Source of the DNA: a virus
Reading direction: 5' to 3' (one strand)
Length of the DNA stretch: 64,000 bases
Virus record (IMG/VR): IMGVR_UViG_3300033996_001430
Span: 1 to 64,000 of that record
Part shown: one piece after another, positions 9,726 through 19,526 of the stretch
Layout: every line of letters starts with the position of its first letter
Position numbering within the stretch: position 1 is the stretch's first letter
Made by a program: the position numbers and the translations under genes
The notes under the pieces: generated by a model
The model's database searches: none
What the model saw: the letters and a program-made list of their open reading frames with translations, nothing else
What the model was told of the DNA's origin: nothing

Positions 9726-10210
9726 TTGTCCCTTAATATTCTTTTAACTATTGGGTTATTTAAAAACTCTTCCATATCTTTCTTAACTCTTCCTGTATTA
9801 CAAAAAGTGTTATTGAAAAAGTATTCTGGTATTTCATTTGTTTCTTCATCAAATATTTCTGTCCTATACATTTCAGGGACAAGGTACCTTTGTCTTTCTT
9901 CCCACTCTTCCAATCTTTTCCACGCTTCATCCATTGTTGTTAACCCATTTGAATCCAATAACATATTATCAATTTTAATATAAGCATGAACCAAATAATC
10001 CTGAACTATCGTTTCATCCAACTCATCTATCTCTTGAGCCAGTAACAAATAATAATTAACCTTCTTCTTTGGGAACATCTTTCTAATCTTCCCAATAACA
10101 TTATAAACAAAGTAATGACAATATCCATATTGATAATCATAGTTCCCCTTATTCCATTTGGACTCAAGGGTCTCTCTCAATACTTTTCTTATTTGTTCTT
10201 GTAGGTTCAT
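9722..10210 (-). CDS. Leader-bearing protein, possible papain/transglutaminase-like Cys-His-Asp fold
   Basis: YGYCHYF...LVHAYIK...LLDSNG. Confidence 0.55.
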   Translation of the reverse strand: MNLQEQIRKVLRETLESKWNKGNYDYQYGYCHYFVYNVIGKIRKMFPKKKVNYYLLLAQEIDELDETIVQDYLVHAYIKIDNMLLDSNGLTTMDEAWKRLEEWEERQRYLVPEMYRTEIFDEETNEIPEYFFNNTFCNTGRVKKDMEEFLNNPIVKRILRDK

Positions 10211-10211
10211 A

Positions 10212-10559
10212 TTATGACATACTTCTAACTATTTGATTATATTTGTGAACGGCTAATGCTGTTTTTTGTATATTATCCCAATTCCCTTTCCATCCCATTA
10301 ATTTTTCTTCAGGTAATTCTTCCCATTCATACCACGCATTTGTATTTTCAGGTGTGACGATTGATATTAAATCAGGGTTCCATTCACCTCCTGTTTGAGC
10401 ACCTTCAGGTGTATGAACTAGTTTAAATGAATTACCATAGTTCTCGTCCCAATCAATGTAGTATTTTTCACCAAATTTATTTAATATAGGTTGTTCAGCT
10501 TCTTCTTTGATAACCCCCATCATTGATTGTATTCTTGATATTTGTTCTTGTAGGTTCAT
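10212..10559 (-). CDS. Leader-bearing hypothetical protein
   Basis: MNLQEQISRIQSMMG at 10559. Confidence 0.75.
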   Translation of the reverse strand: MNLQEQISRIQSMMGVIKEEAEQPILNKFGEKYYIDWDENYGNSFKLVHTPEGAQTGGEWNPDLISIVTPENTNAWYEWEELPEEKLMGWKGNWDNIQKTALAVHKYNQIVRSMS

Positions 10560-10560
10560 A

Positions 10561-10893
10561 TTAGTCTCCACAATTAATGTGAAAGTATTCTTTTATTTTT
10601 TCTCCGTATTTGTCTTTAATATAATTTTCAATATCATTATATATTTCATTCCATAATTTTCCATTATCATCCAAATTTGAAAAATGATTAAAATACATAA
10701 AGTCAATCACCGATTGTATTATACGATCCAATAAGTCTTCACCAGTTATATGTCTACATATATTATCAGGCATATAAACCTCTTTCATTAATCTATAAAA
10801 TTCATTATCAATTACCCCCAATCTTCTTCTGAGATAAATGTTTATCTTTGTTTCCTCTTTGAGTATCCTTCTTATTGTCTCTTGTAGGTTCAT
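10561..10893 (-). CDS. Leader-bearing 'RR' family protein
   Basis: MNLQETIRRILKEE; paralog of 10893..11249 (PD.IC, ID.MYFN.FSN). Confidence 0.75.
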   Translation of the reverse strand: MNLQETIRRILKEETKINIYLRRRLGVIDNEFYRLMKEVYMPDNICRHITGEDLLDRIIQSVIDFMYFNHFSNLDDNGKLWNEIYNDIENYIKDKYGEKIKEYFHINCGD

Positions 10894-11249
10894 TACTTTC
10901 TTTTTTTTAAACAATTATCCACATAGTAATTTCTTATCTCATCACCATATTTAGAGTTTACATATTTAACCATATCATCGTATATATTAGGCCAATCTTC
11001 TCCCATATTACTAAAATAATTAAAATACATAGAGTCAATAGATCCCCCGATTATATTTTCAAGTAAGTCTTCTTCATCATTATATTGATGACATATTGTA
11101 TCAGGAGCATAAAAACCTTTACCCAATCTAGATTCAACTTCATAATCCAACATTTCTATTCTTCTCCTAAGAGAGTTGGATAGTTTTCTTTCTTCTTTTA
11201 ATAGTCTCTTTAATGAATTATTTTGACTCTCTGTGATAATAATTTTCAT
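10893..11249 (-). CDS. Leader-bearing 'RR' family protein
   Basis: MKIIITESQ; LRRRIEMLD; TATTTAT upstream. Confidence 0.75.
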   Translation of the reverse strand: MKIIITESQNNSLKRLLKEERKLSNSLRRRIEMLDYEVESRLGKGFYAPDTICHQYNDEEDLLENIIGGSIDSMYFNYFSNMGEDWPNIYDDMVKYVNSKYGDEIRNYYVDNCLKKRK

Positions 11250-11306
11250 ATTATATAAATATATGTATAAATAAAAAATCCTCCATGTTAGTGGAGGATC
11301 TTTATA

Positions 11307-11399
11307 TTGTCAGGACAGGATTCGAACCTGTAACGTCTCAAACAAATTATGAGCTCTTGAGGTCAACGTCCCTAGCATCTACCGTTCCGCCACCTGACT
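11307..11399 (-). tRNA. tRNA-like RNA/pseudo-tRNA, long variable arm, anticodon unassignable
   Basis: Acceptor (A)GTCAGG/CCTGAC(A), D-arm TGGCGGAACGGTAGATGC, T-arm CAGGTTCGAATCCTG; anticodon stem pairs poorly. Confidence 0.6.
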
Positions 11400-11416
11400 A
11401 TTTTGATTTAAATTTT

Positions 11417-11791
11417 CTACATTATATATGGTTGCCACATATTTAGCACCTTTCTTACTCCAACGTTTTCAACTTTTAATATTGTAATATCTCCACTTTC
11501 AATTAACATTTCATCTTCATTACCACCTTTCCACTTTTTGAATACAGGATTATCTACTCGTATGTGATATAAATATCCTTCTTCACCACCTTTCAGTGCC
11601 CTATATTCATTTTTACCAGTCTTTTCGTTCCAATTCATATGAACAGCAAACGAAGCAGCTCTATGGTTAGATGTTGATAAAAAAAGAGGAAATCTGAAAT
11701 CTTGTATTAATGTTTTGCTTCCGTGATAACCTTTAATAAACGTATCTTTTTCTTCGTTTATGAACTCTTCAAATATTTCATTTAATTTCAT
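11417..11791 (-). CDS. Possible ADP-ribosyltransferase-fold protein
   Basis: GYHGS...LFLST...AASFA...GYLY...EDE. Confidence 0.5.
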   Translation of the reverse strand: MKLNEIFEEFINEEKDTFIKGYHGSKTLIQDFRFPLFLSTSNHRAASFAVHMNWNEKTGKNEYRALKGGEEGYLYHIRVDNPVFKKWKGGNEDEMLIESGDITILKVENVGVRKVLNMWQPYIM

Positions 11792-11827
11792 AATATTATT
11801 TATTATAAATATACTATTTTTATTTTG

Positions 11828-11894
11828 TAGTCAGGACAGGATTCGAACCTGCAATCTTCCTTGTTAGGAGCTCTGCCAATTGAGTTACCTGACT
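11828..11894 (-). tRNA. 67-nt tRNA-like RNA with truncated anticodon arm
   Basis: AGTCAGG/CCTGACT acceptor, D-arm CTC-AATTGGCA-GAG, T-arm CAGGTTCGAATCCTG; anticodon arm only TCCT-AACA-AGGA. Confidence 0.65.
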
Positions 11895-11899
11895 ATTTT

Positions 11900-12075
11900 A
11901 CTATCAGCTCTTCGGCATTCTACTCCCCGCAACACGGAATTGTATCTTACTTAGCCCATCGTCAGCGGTATGGGTACCGAAGTTCACTAATAGTTTGAGG
12001 TTGAGAACCTCTGTGTTGTAAAGTAGATTAAATTCTTTCTCTCAACTCCTATTCCTTTCTCAAGGGAACAACACA
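11900..12075 (-). ncRNA. Candidate structured ncRNA
   Basis: Nested stems in an ORF-free interval: CTTCGGCA/TACCGAAG, CCCAT/ATGGG, GAGGTT/AACCTC, TGTGTTGT/ACAACACA. Confidence 0.4.
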
Positions 12076-12086
12076 ATATTTTATTC

Positions 12087-12320
12087 TCAAACATTTGGTG
12101 TGAAACGTTCTGCCGCCTCCTTGTAGATAGACATCTGAGTCATCATCAAGTGGGTATAAACATTATCACCAACTATCTCGTGAACCATTTTACATTTCTC
12201 TCTAACAACTCCTTCTGTACGGACAAAACCTTGTGGTCCATCTTCTTTCATTTCTCTAACCGCTTGAGCCAATTCCAAGTCAGTCATATCAGAGAATACT
12301 TTTGTTACTTCGTTTTCCAT
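12087..12320 (-). CDS. Hypothetical protein
   Basis: ORF with TAGATTTG and TTTG promoter elements upstream. Confidence 0.65.
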   Translation of the reverse strand: MENEVTKVFSDMTDLELAQAVREMKEDGPQGFVRTEGVVREKCKMVHEIVGDNVYTHLMMTQMSIYKEAAERFTPNV

Positions 12321-12388
12321 AGTTTGTTATTTTGATTTGACAAATCTACAACAAAAATACTCTCAAACAAAATTTATTTTATGTTCAT

Positions 12389-12580
12389 TTATTCACCCTC
12401 ATGTAATTTCTTATTTTTTTGTTCAGCCCAAAGGTCAACTAAAAGGAACAATCCCCACCACTTAACATCAACATATTCTTCAATTTTAGTTCCTGTAAAT
12501 GCTGAAATCAACAATAGTACAAAAAGGTAAAGAGCAACGATTAAGGGAAGTATTCCTATTATTTTTTTGAAAGTTTTCAT
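12389..12580 (-). CDS. Small membrane protein
   Basis: Two hydrophobic segments. Confidence 0.6.
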   Translation of the reverse strand: MKTFKKIIGILPLIVALYLFVLLLISAFTGTKIEEYVDVKWWGLFLLVDLWAEQKNKKLHEGE

Positions 12581-12674
12581 AATATATATTTTTTAGTTAT
12601 TTAGTTTAATTCATCAAATATTTTATAGGTAAAATCTGAATATCTTTTACCGAATGTTGCATATACTAATTATT

Positions 12675-12881
12675 TTAATCTTCTAAATCTAATAACCAAG
12701 TCATTTTATCCAACCAAAAACTAATAGTTGGAAATGCAATAGTAATTATTGCTAACATCCATCCCCATAGTTGCCATCCTATTTCTGTATCACTTTCATT
12801 AGTATATACACCCCAAATACCAATACCCATGATTGTATTTGTTACAATGAATGCTAAAATTCTTTTTAATATCTTTTTCAT
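12675..12881 (-). CDS. Small membrane protein
   Basis: Two hydrophobic segments. Confidence 0.6.
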   Translation of the reverse strand: MKKILKRILAFIVTNTIMGIGIWGVYTNESDTEIGWQLWGWMLAIITIAFPTISFWLDKMTWLLDLED

Positions 12882-13343
12882 ATTTTTCTATTGTTTTAAT
12901 TTTCAATATGATTGTAAATCAATTTCATTACCCAAGCATTTTCAAGTTCATTTATACCACATACATGACACGCTTCTTCTTCAAGATTGTAATACATAAC
13001 ATTACCGTCTTTATCTTTCATGAAATCCATATTTCTAAGATCTATGATTACGTATTGTCCTTTCATTCTATTTCTTTTTAAATCGTTTCTCTTGTATCTT
13101 CTCTTTTACTAACCCCACGATCAGTAGTACCAATAAGGTTACGCTTACTATAAGGGTCATCCAATGTATCTCTATTCTATCCATTACCTTTTTTTATTTT
13201 TTCTGAATATATTACGTTCGTATTCTAAATCCCAAATCCATCTTGTTCTACAAGTCCATACCCACAATCTAACTCTCCACCGATGTCTTAGTTTAACCTT
13301 CCATGGAAGTTTCTCCATTTCTTTGAGTAATCTGTCAACAGTT

Positions 13344-13691
13344 TTAGTTCTCATGTTTCTCTGTGATTTTAATTAACTTAGTTAGACAAGATAATTCAGC
13401 CTCTTCGTAGGTGGGGTGAGAACTCATCATTAAACCATTCTTCAACAGGTTATAACCCAACTCAAGTTTCTTGTCATCAATGGGTTTAATCACTATGCAC
13501 AACCCACTCTCTCTAAACCATCTAAATGCTTGTTGGTATAGTGGTGTATTACATTCACCATCAAAATCCATAGAATCATATAATAACACTTTTTCACCTT
13601 TCATATCTTTGTAATAAGCAAAGCAAGGTTCATCAAATCCAAGTGTTTTGAGTTTCATTGCCAACTCATAGGGTACAAATTCTTTATTCAT
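13344..13691 (-). CDS. Conserved phage hypothetical protein
   Basis: MNKEFVPYELAMKLKTLGFDEPC...PLYQQAFRWFRE...TYEEAE; TATATTTG promoter directly upstream. Confidence 0.7.
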   Translation of the reverse strand: MNKEFVPYELAMKLKTLGFDEPCFAYYKDMKGEKVLLYDSMDFDGECNTPLYQQAFRWFRESGLCIVIKPIDDKKLELGYNLLKNGLMMSSHPTYEEAELSCLTKLIKITEKHEN

Positions 13692-13959
13692 ATGACAAAT
13701 ATATTGCAATGTTCTTGTCAATCCAAATTTTATTTAGTGATTGATGTCTTATCTCGTTTATGGTATCTGGTCTATATGTTGTATCAGGATTCATTATTAT
13801 GGTCCCAAAGTTGTACACCGTCGTATCTTTCTTCTGTGTCACCATAATTGGTACCAGTTCCCCGTATTGATCCACCCAATATAAATCTTGTGATACCTTT
13901 GGTGAACATCCAATTAGTAGTAATACTATTATTATGTAATTACATATAATCTTCATCAT
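13684..13959 (-). CDS. Putative lipoprotein
   Basis: LLLIGC lipobox. Confidence 0.55.
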   Translation of the reverse strand: MMKIICNYIIIVLLLIGCSPKVSQDLYWVDQYGELVPIMVTQKKDTTVYNFGTIIMNPDTTYRPDTINEIRHQSLNKIWIDKNIAIYLSYE

Positions 13960-14116
13960 CGTTATTATCTATTCTAATATAATTTTCATAATCCTTACAA
14001 TAACATTCAAAACATCTGTATATATCTTTTTCCGTATCAGAGTTGTTATATGTCAAGATAACAAAAACTTCTTCAGATCCGCAATTCATACATTTGTTTT
14101 TTGGTTCTACCATATG

Positions 14117-14482
14117 TTACAATGTTTTATTCCAACTTATCAATTCCATTATCTGTCTTGTTAGATGTCCTGCCGTTTTTGTTCCGTCAATACTCCATCC
14201 GATAATTAAATGTTCAATCTCAGAATATAAAATATTTTCTCTTACCAATGTGGGTAAACTATCTTTAGTTTTTTCTAATACTTCATTAGCCTTTTTTAGT
14301 GATTCAGGGAATAAAACGTCCTGACGGTACTTTGGTATTGACACCACCTCATCGTACCACTGAAACCCATCTAAATCAGTTTCTTTCATTGAAAATAGAA
14401 GACTTTGGTACTCCATACCTGTTTCATAATAATTACTTATAAACCATTGGATCCTTTCATCATATGTTAATTCTTTTTCCAT
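14117..14482 (-). CDS. Hypothetical protein
   Basis: ORF; start at MEKEL after TATTTTTG. Confidence 0.65.
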   Translation of the reverse strand: MEKELTYDERIQWFISNYYETGMEYQSLLFSMKETDLDGFQWYDEVVSIPKYRQDVLFPESLKKANEVLEKTKDSLPTLVRENILYSEIEHLIIGWSIDGTKTAGHLTRQIMELISWNKTL

Positions 14483-14539
14483 AACAAAAATATACAAAAA
14501 ATCCCCCATATAATCAATGGGGGATGAACCTACTTTACC

Positions 14540-15322
14540 TTATGAATTTTTTTCACATTCCTCTTTCACCTGAATAAAGATATCAGTTAATTCACGTTTC
14601 TTATAGTCAAGAATATAATCAGGAACATTCTTTTTTACCATCATATAAACATCATCATCAAACTTCGTTCTTGCCACCCATATAACATCATCTATTATAG
14701 CTTCAATAAACTCACCTGACGTTCTATAATCACATGGGTACACCTCCTCCAATACCGCTCTAATTAAAAGATCCAATTCATTTATTCTTCTCTTAAACTC
14801 ATTTGAAAACTTTCTTTCTTCTGTGACATTTTCTGTGACATTATCTATGACATCTTCTGTGTCATCTTCCATATCTTCATTCTCAATAACATGACAATCT
14901 AAAGATATTTTTGGTTTTGTACTAAAAAATACTGGGTGACCCACATCCCTAACATCAAAGGGAAAAAGCCTTTTAAACTTATCTAACATAATTTGTTTAT
15001 ACCAACTATCTATATGTGAAACATTATCATCAAAATAATGTTTTAAATGCACATCAATAATTTTACCACCTGATCTTCCAGTTCTTTCTTCTATAAACAA
15101 CACTTCTACACCTTCCACATTTTCAGAATAAATAAAATCCTTAACTAACTTAGCCTGATCGTTAATGTCATCAATATCAATTTCCAATATTTTCGCTAAC
15201 CTTTTAAATCCACCAACAGTTTTTGACGCTCGTTGAATACCGTCAGTCTTAATTAGATCAGTTAAACTATCTTTTAATGTTTCTTCATTTAATATTTTTC
15301 TTATACGTTCTTTTAGTTTCAT
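14540..15322 (-). CDS. Leader-bearing two-module protein (C-terminal 'RR' module)
   Basis: N-terminus paralogous to 15920..16405; C-terminal FKRRINELD...YPCDY. Confidence 0.75.
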   Translation of the reverse strand: MKLKERIRKILNEETLKDSLTDLIKTDGIQRASKTVGGFKRLAKILEIDIDDINDQAKLVKDFIYSENVEGVEVLFIEERTGRSGGKIIDVHLKHYFDDNVSHIDSWYKQIMLDKFKRLFPFDVRDVGHPVFFSTKPKISLDCHVIENEDMEDDTEDVIDNVTENVTEERKFSNEFKRRINELDLLIRAVLEEVYPCDYRTSGEFIEAIIDDVIWVARTKFDDDVYMMVKKNVPDYILDYKKRELTDIFIQVKEECEKNS

Positions 15323-15930
15323 ATCGTATTAACCTTAATCATATTATAAAATATATCAGCAATTTCATCAAAACTACTAACATTTTTTGATCTAATTGTG
15401 TCCTTTGTTTGTGAGATTAATCTTTCAAAATGGTTCAATGGAATATCTTTATACATTGATAAAGTTTTTCTATTTGGAACATTTATAAAACCTAACTTAA
15501 CAAATTCTCTTACTTTTCTATTGGCGAATTCATCCGCAATAATTTCAATTTTTTTCATTGCAATTGCAGCTTCTTTAACATCTGTTTCATCCAAATAAAA
15601 TTCATACATCTTTTCATCACCATATTTTTTATATTGGTACTGATGAGCAATCTCATGGAATATTATAAATAAAAAATCAGGTAATTGTTGTTTAAAAATT
15701 ACCTCATTAAATAAAACACCATTATGTACGGCTAACCCTAAAGCCGGATATTTAAACGTCGCAACTTCAATTTTTTTACAGTTTGAATTCTTTATAAATG
15801 ATTCAATATTATCAATAAAACCTTCAGTTTCAGGATATGTTTCCATTACTTGTATTAAGAATTGTTCAATACCTTGAGTTTCTTCCTTTAATATTTTTTT
15901 TATGGTTTCTTGCAGTATATTAGTTACCAT
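15319..15930 (-). CDS. Leader-bearing zincin-like (HExxH) protein
   Basis: IFHEIAHQYQ and a downstream E (EIIADEFA). Confidence 0.6.
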   Translation of the reverse strand: MVTNILQETIKKILKEETQGIEQFLIQVMETYPETEGFIDNIESFIKNSNCKKIEVATFKYPALGLAVHNGVLFNEVIFKQQLPDFLFIIFHEIAHQYQYKKYGDEKMYEFYLDETDVKEAAIAMKKIEIIADEFANRKVREFVKLGFINVPNRKTLSMYKDIPLNHFERLISQTKDTIRSKNVSSFDEIADIFYNMIKVNTI

Positions 15931-16405
15931 TATAATACCTCCCTTCTAAATCTATTTCCCTCACCTCAAGACCTGAGTTATCCTCAAACCATCTTTTAAA
16001 TATAGGAACCCATTTATCATTAAATAAATTATTTAAGTCATTTATAACCCAATTACATATAAATAATACATATAAATTATCATAACCATCCCATTCACCA
16101 AGATAAGCATATCCTTCTAAATCATCTATTTCAAAGTGATATGATCCATATACTCTAACCTCCTCATCATAAAAATCAAATAACTCAGGACCCCAATTAT
16201 AATCAGGGTAATAGTTTTCAGTAAGGTATTGATATATAAATCCATTAAGATCTTCTTCATTAAGATTTAGTATCTTTATTAACCTATTCATTCCACCAAC
16301 GGCCTTTGACGTTTTTTTAATACCATCAGTATTGATCATATCAAACAAACTATCTTGTATTGATTCTTCGTTTAATACTTTTCTTATAGATTCTTTTAAA
16401 TTCAT
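15920..16405 (-). CDS. Leader-bearing hypothetical protein
   Basis: MNLKESIRKVLNEE. Confidence 0.75.
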   Translation of the reverse strand: MNLKESIRKVLNEESIQDSLFDMINTDGIKKTSKAVGGMNRLIKILNLNEEDLNGFIYQYLTENYYPDYNWGPELFDFYDEEVRVYGSYHFEIDDLEGYAYLGEWDGYDNLYVLFICNWVINDLNNLFNDKWVPIFKRWFEDNSGLEVREIDLEGRYYNGN

Positions 16406-16407
16406 AT

Positions 16408-16899
16408 TTAGTATTTAAAAATATTCACAATTTTAACTTTTTTATCATCAATTATAGTGATTTCATCTTCGTTTGGGTGTAGGGAAAATGTTAATATGGT
16501 TTCATGGTAATCAATATTATTAGTTGGGGTTTTTATTTCTATAACCCATAAATCATCTTTTTGTAATTTTTTGTTTTCTTTTTTTGCATTGTAATATAAA
16601 TAATCTATCATTTGTTCGTGAAAATAATCCAACTCCCCAACAAAATGATGACCAATTTTTTTAGTATTTATATCTGTTTTTGATTTACTATAAACAAGTC
16701 TATATAATTTGATTTCAGATTTTTTACTTATCCTTTTTAATGTTTTTATTTTATCATTTAATAAATCTTCTGGTTCCACCCACGATATCCCTGTGTCTTT
16801 TGAAGAAATATTATCTAATAAATCTTCATAATTATGATCAAAAACCTTTTTGTTGGTTTCTTCCCTTAATATTCTTTTTATGGATTCTTGTAAGTTCAT
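16408..16899 (-). CDS. Leader-bearing possible ADP-ribosyltransferase-fold protein
   Basis: LYRLV...GHHF...NEDEITI. Confidence 0.45.
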   Translation of the reverse strand: MNLQESIKRILREETNKKVFDHNYEDLLDNISSKDTGISWVEPEDLLNDKIKTLKRISKKSEIKLYRLVYSKSKTDINTKKIGHHFVGELDYFHEQMIDYLYYNAKKENKKLQKDDLWVIEIKTPTNNIDYHETILTFSLHPNEDEITIIDDKKVKIVNIFKY

Positions 16900-16902
16900 A
16901 TA

Positions 16903-17241
16903 TTAATCTTCCAAATCTTTCATTTCAGGATTATTTATATTAACTAACGCATCTTTATGTTGTAAAATATCTTTTTTGGTTAATTTCCTTCCCATTCTTT
17001 TTTCAAAACAACTTTTACATAAAGTTAATTTATCATTACCATGTTTATCCCATATATCATCATTAACCATATACATAGTGTAATCTTTTTCACCACAATC
17101 GGCACAAGTAAATCTTTCTTCTTCAGATTTTAAAAAATCTTCATCATCATCATTATTTTTAGGTGATTTAAACCAATCTAAAAAAGATTCGTCAACCCCC
17201 ATCATTTCTCTAATTCTTTGTATGTTTTCTTGTAAGTTCAT
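16903..17241 (-). CDS. Leader-bearing zinc-finger protein
   Basis: CADC...YMV...W...LCKSCFEKRMGRKL. Confidence 0.65.
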   Translation of the reverse strand: MNLQENIQRIREMMGVDESFLDWFKSPKNNDDDEDFLKSEEERFTCADCGEKDYTMYMVNDDIWDKHGNDKLTLCKSCFEKRMGRKLTKKDILQHKDALVNINNPEMKDLED

Positions 17242-17266
17242 TTTGATTTAATTACTTTTGTATCTT

Positions 17267-18124
17267 TTATTTAACCCATTTTGAATTTTTTAATTCTGAG
17301 ATAGGGTAAAATCCGTCGGCATATTTGTCGTAACCACTTCCAAAAAATTTACCTCTATCAATTTTGTCTTGCCAATTATTAAATTGTGTGGTATACTTCC
17401 ATAATTCATCTTTATCTGTCATATAACCATTATTTTTAAGATAAGCACCAACCATTCCTCCAGTTCTATCCGCACCGTGAGCACAGTGAATTAATGTATC
17501 ACCTTGGTTTAAAATGTCACTAGTTTGTTGTATTGATGAAGTATAACCTTTACCTAATTTAAATCCACTATGAGCATTAATAAAATGGTAAGTACAATCA
17601 TTTTCCTCACATATTTTTTTTTCAGTTTCTCCAAGTGTTTTAGAATGGGAACTTATATGTCTAGAATCAGAATCTGTATCTCCGTTCATTCTCACTATAT
17701 TTTTTATACCATATTTTTTAATTACTGAAGGTAATACATCTGCAGTTATTTGAGCTGATCTCCAATTATTTGTCCCTCCAGGTATTTTATGAAATTTAAA
17801 TTCTTTTAAATCACTAACATCCACATCATCCACATACTCTTGTGCCATTTCAGTTTTTTTTGATTCAAACTCTTCTGGTGGTATTTCTTCTTTGTAAGAT
17901 TCATGTGCTGCCTTTGTAATTGGACCATATATTCCGTCAATACCATCTTTACTGTCACCAAATTTCCCAATATAATATCCTTTATTGATTAATTCTTTTT
18001 GGATTTCAATTACTTTTGGATCATATTTGTAAGAAATATCCATATCAATATCTTTTATCTCAGTTTCTTCTGTGATAAGTCCCATCATTTCTCTAATTCT
18101 TTGTATGTTCTCTTGTAAGTTCAT
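17267..18124 (-). CDS. Leader + peptidoglycan-binding domain + CX5R (tyrosine/dual-specificity) phosphatase
   Basis: IQKEL...DGIYGPITKAA; IHCAHGADRTG. Confidence 0.75.
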   Translation of the reverse strand: MNLQENIQRIREMMGLITEETEIKDIDMDISYKYDPKVIEIQKELINKGYYIGKFGDSKDGIDGIYGPITKAAHESYKEEIPPEEFESKKTEMAQEYVDDVDVSDLKEFKFHKIPGGTNNWRSAQITADVLPSVIKKYGIKNIVRMNGDTDSDSRHISSHSKTLGETEKKICEENDCTYHFINAHSGFKLGKGYTSSIQQTSDILNQGDTLIHCAHGADRTGGMVGAYLKNNGYMTDKDELWKYTTQFNNWQDKIDRGKFFGSGYDKYADGFYPISELKNSKWVK

Positions 18125-18156
18125 AGTAATAAATATATCACTAATTGAAAATCAAC

Positions 18157-18639
18157 CTATACTAATTCCATTTTAAACCATTCAGGGATCTCTCTATTTT
18201 TCCACACGGCAATCTTTGATTTTTCCCCTATGTAATAATTTCTATATGATTCTACCACACTTGGAACTTTGTATTCATCTGGCATTGCTCTTGCAGGTTC
18301 GGTGAACCCTTTATCCACAATGTTTGGTTTGTTTACAATACACCACTCTATTACATCCTGAGACTTATGTCTCTTACCGTAACGATATGTATATTCTTTA
18401 CATAACTCTAATCCCAAGTCACATAGGTATAAATAATTGGATAGAGATTCTCTTGACCATATTGCACATGGATGATTTTTGTGGGATAACTTGTACGGTA
18501 CTTGGTCGGTTACTTGGTCGGTCATATGATGAACACCACACAATAGTTGTGCAGTCTCAAGGATCATCTTAACTACGTGCTTATCACAATGATATTGAGC
18601 ACACTTTCTTGTGTCTGTATCTAATAGAAAAATATTCAT
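18157..18639 (-). CDS. Pyrimidine-dimer DNA glycosylase-like (DenV-related) protein
   Basis: MNIFxLD...HCDKHVVKMILETAQLLC...HxNHPC...EYTYRYGKxH. Confidence 0.7.
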   Translation of the reverse strand: MNIFLLDTDTRKCAQYHCDKHVVKMILETAQLLCGVHHMTDQVTDQVPYKLSHKNHPCAIWSRESLSNYLYLCDLGLELCKEYTYRYGKRHKSQDVIEWCIVNKPNIVDKGFTEPARAMPDEYKVPSVVESYRNYYIGEKSKIAVWKNREIPEWFKMELV

Positions 18640-18702
18640 ATAACAAATATACGAATTTAATTTTTACTCACAAAAGTTTTTTAAACTATAATAAGATTAC
18701 AT

Positions 18703-19404
18703 TCAATTACTTGAAGAATGGTCCCAATGCCATGGTTCACTTGATAAGGGTTTGAAGTTGAATCTTGACGCATTATCAACTAACCATGTATGAACTTTAC
18801 TACCTCTCCTACAATGTTTAACGTCTATTGCACTACCTTTACCATGATTTGATGTGCCAGGTTTTGCGGCTCTATTACCTTTCCCTGATTTATATTTTAT
18901 CCATGCACACCACTGAGTAAAACCTTTACCACAACCTTCTTCTCTACTACCTAAAGGTCTATAACCTTGAGAAACTTTAATTTCAATCTTACCATCAGTT
19001 TCATCGTATGCCGTTTTAACCATATCATTATAGTCTTTAGCAGCTAAAGGATTTAATTTGTTTTTTGTTTGATTACCATCAGGATCCAACAAATTAACTA
19101 ATTGTCCATCAGGTATATTACCGTTACTACTTTTTTCACTATCTAATTCAATATCATAATATTCATCATCAACACTATCAATACCATTTTCTTTCTCCAA
19201 TTTATCTTTTTCCTCATCACTCAAATTCTTAATTTCATCAACATCAGTGGTTCCAAATTTATCCTGAATGAATGATTTAATATCTTGACTAACATTTGAA
19301 CTTTGTAACATATCAATAGTATCATCAATAAAACCTTCATTTAAATTATATAATCCCCTAATTTGTTTTCTTTCGTTTTCAGAAATAAGAAATCTTTTTG
19401 ACAT
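18703..19404 (-). CDS. M15-family D,D-carboxypeptidase/endolysin (VanY-like)
   Basis: SQGYR, AAxPGTSNHGxGxAIDV, EPWHW. Confidence 0.8.
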   Translation of the reverse strand: MSKRFLISENERKQIRGLYNLNEGFIDDTIDMLQSSNVSQDIKSFIQDKFGTTDVDEIKNLSDEEKDKLEKENGIDSVDDEYYDIELDSEKSSNGNIPDGQLVNLLDPDGNQTKNKLNPLAAKDYNDMVKTAYDETDGKIEIKVSQGYRPLGSREEGCGKGFTQWCAWIKYKSGKGNRAAKPGTSNHGKGSAIDVKHCRRGSKVHTWLVDNASRFNFKPLSSEPWHWDHSSSN

Positions 19405-19526
19405 AATAGTGTTTTATTATAAATATATCATTAATTTTAATTTATGGAAACGTTTTTAATACTTAGTTGGACTGTTATTGTTGTTATGACAACATTTTAC
19501 CTAATCAAAAAAATTGATGGTAATAA

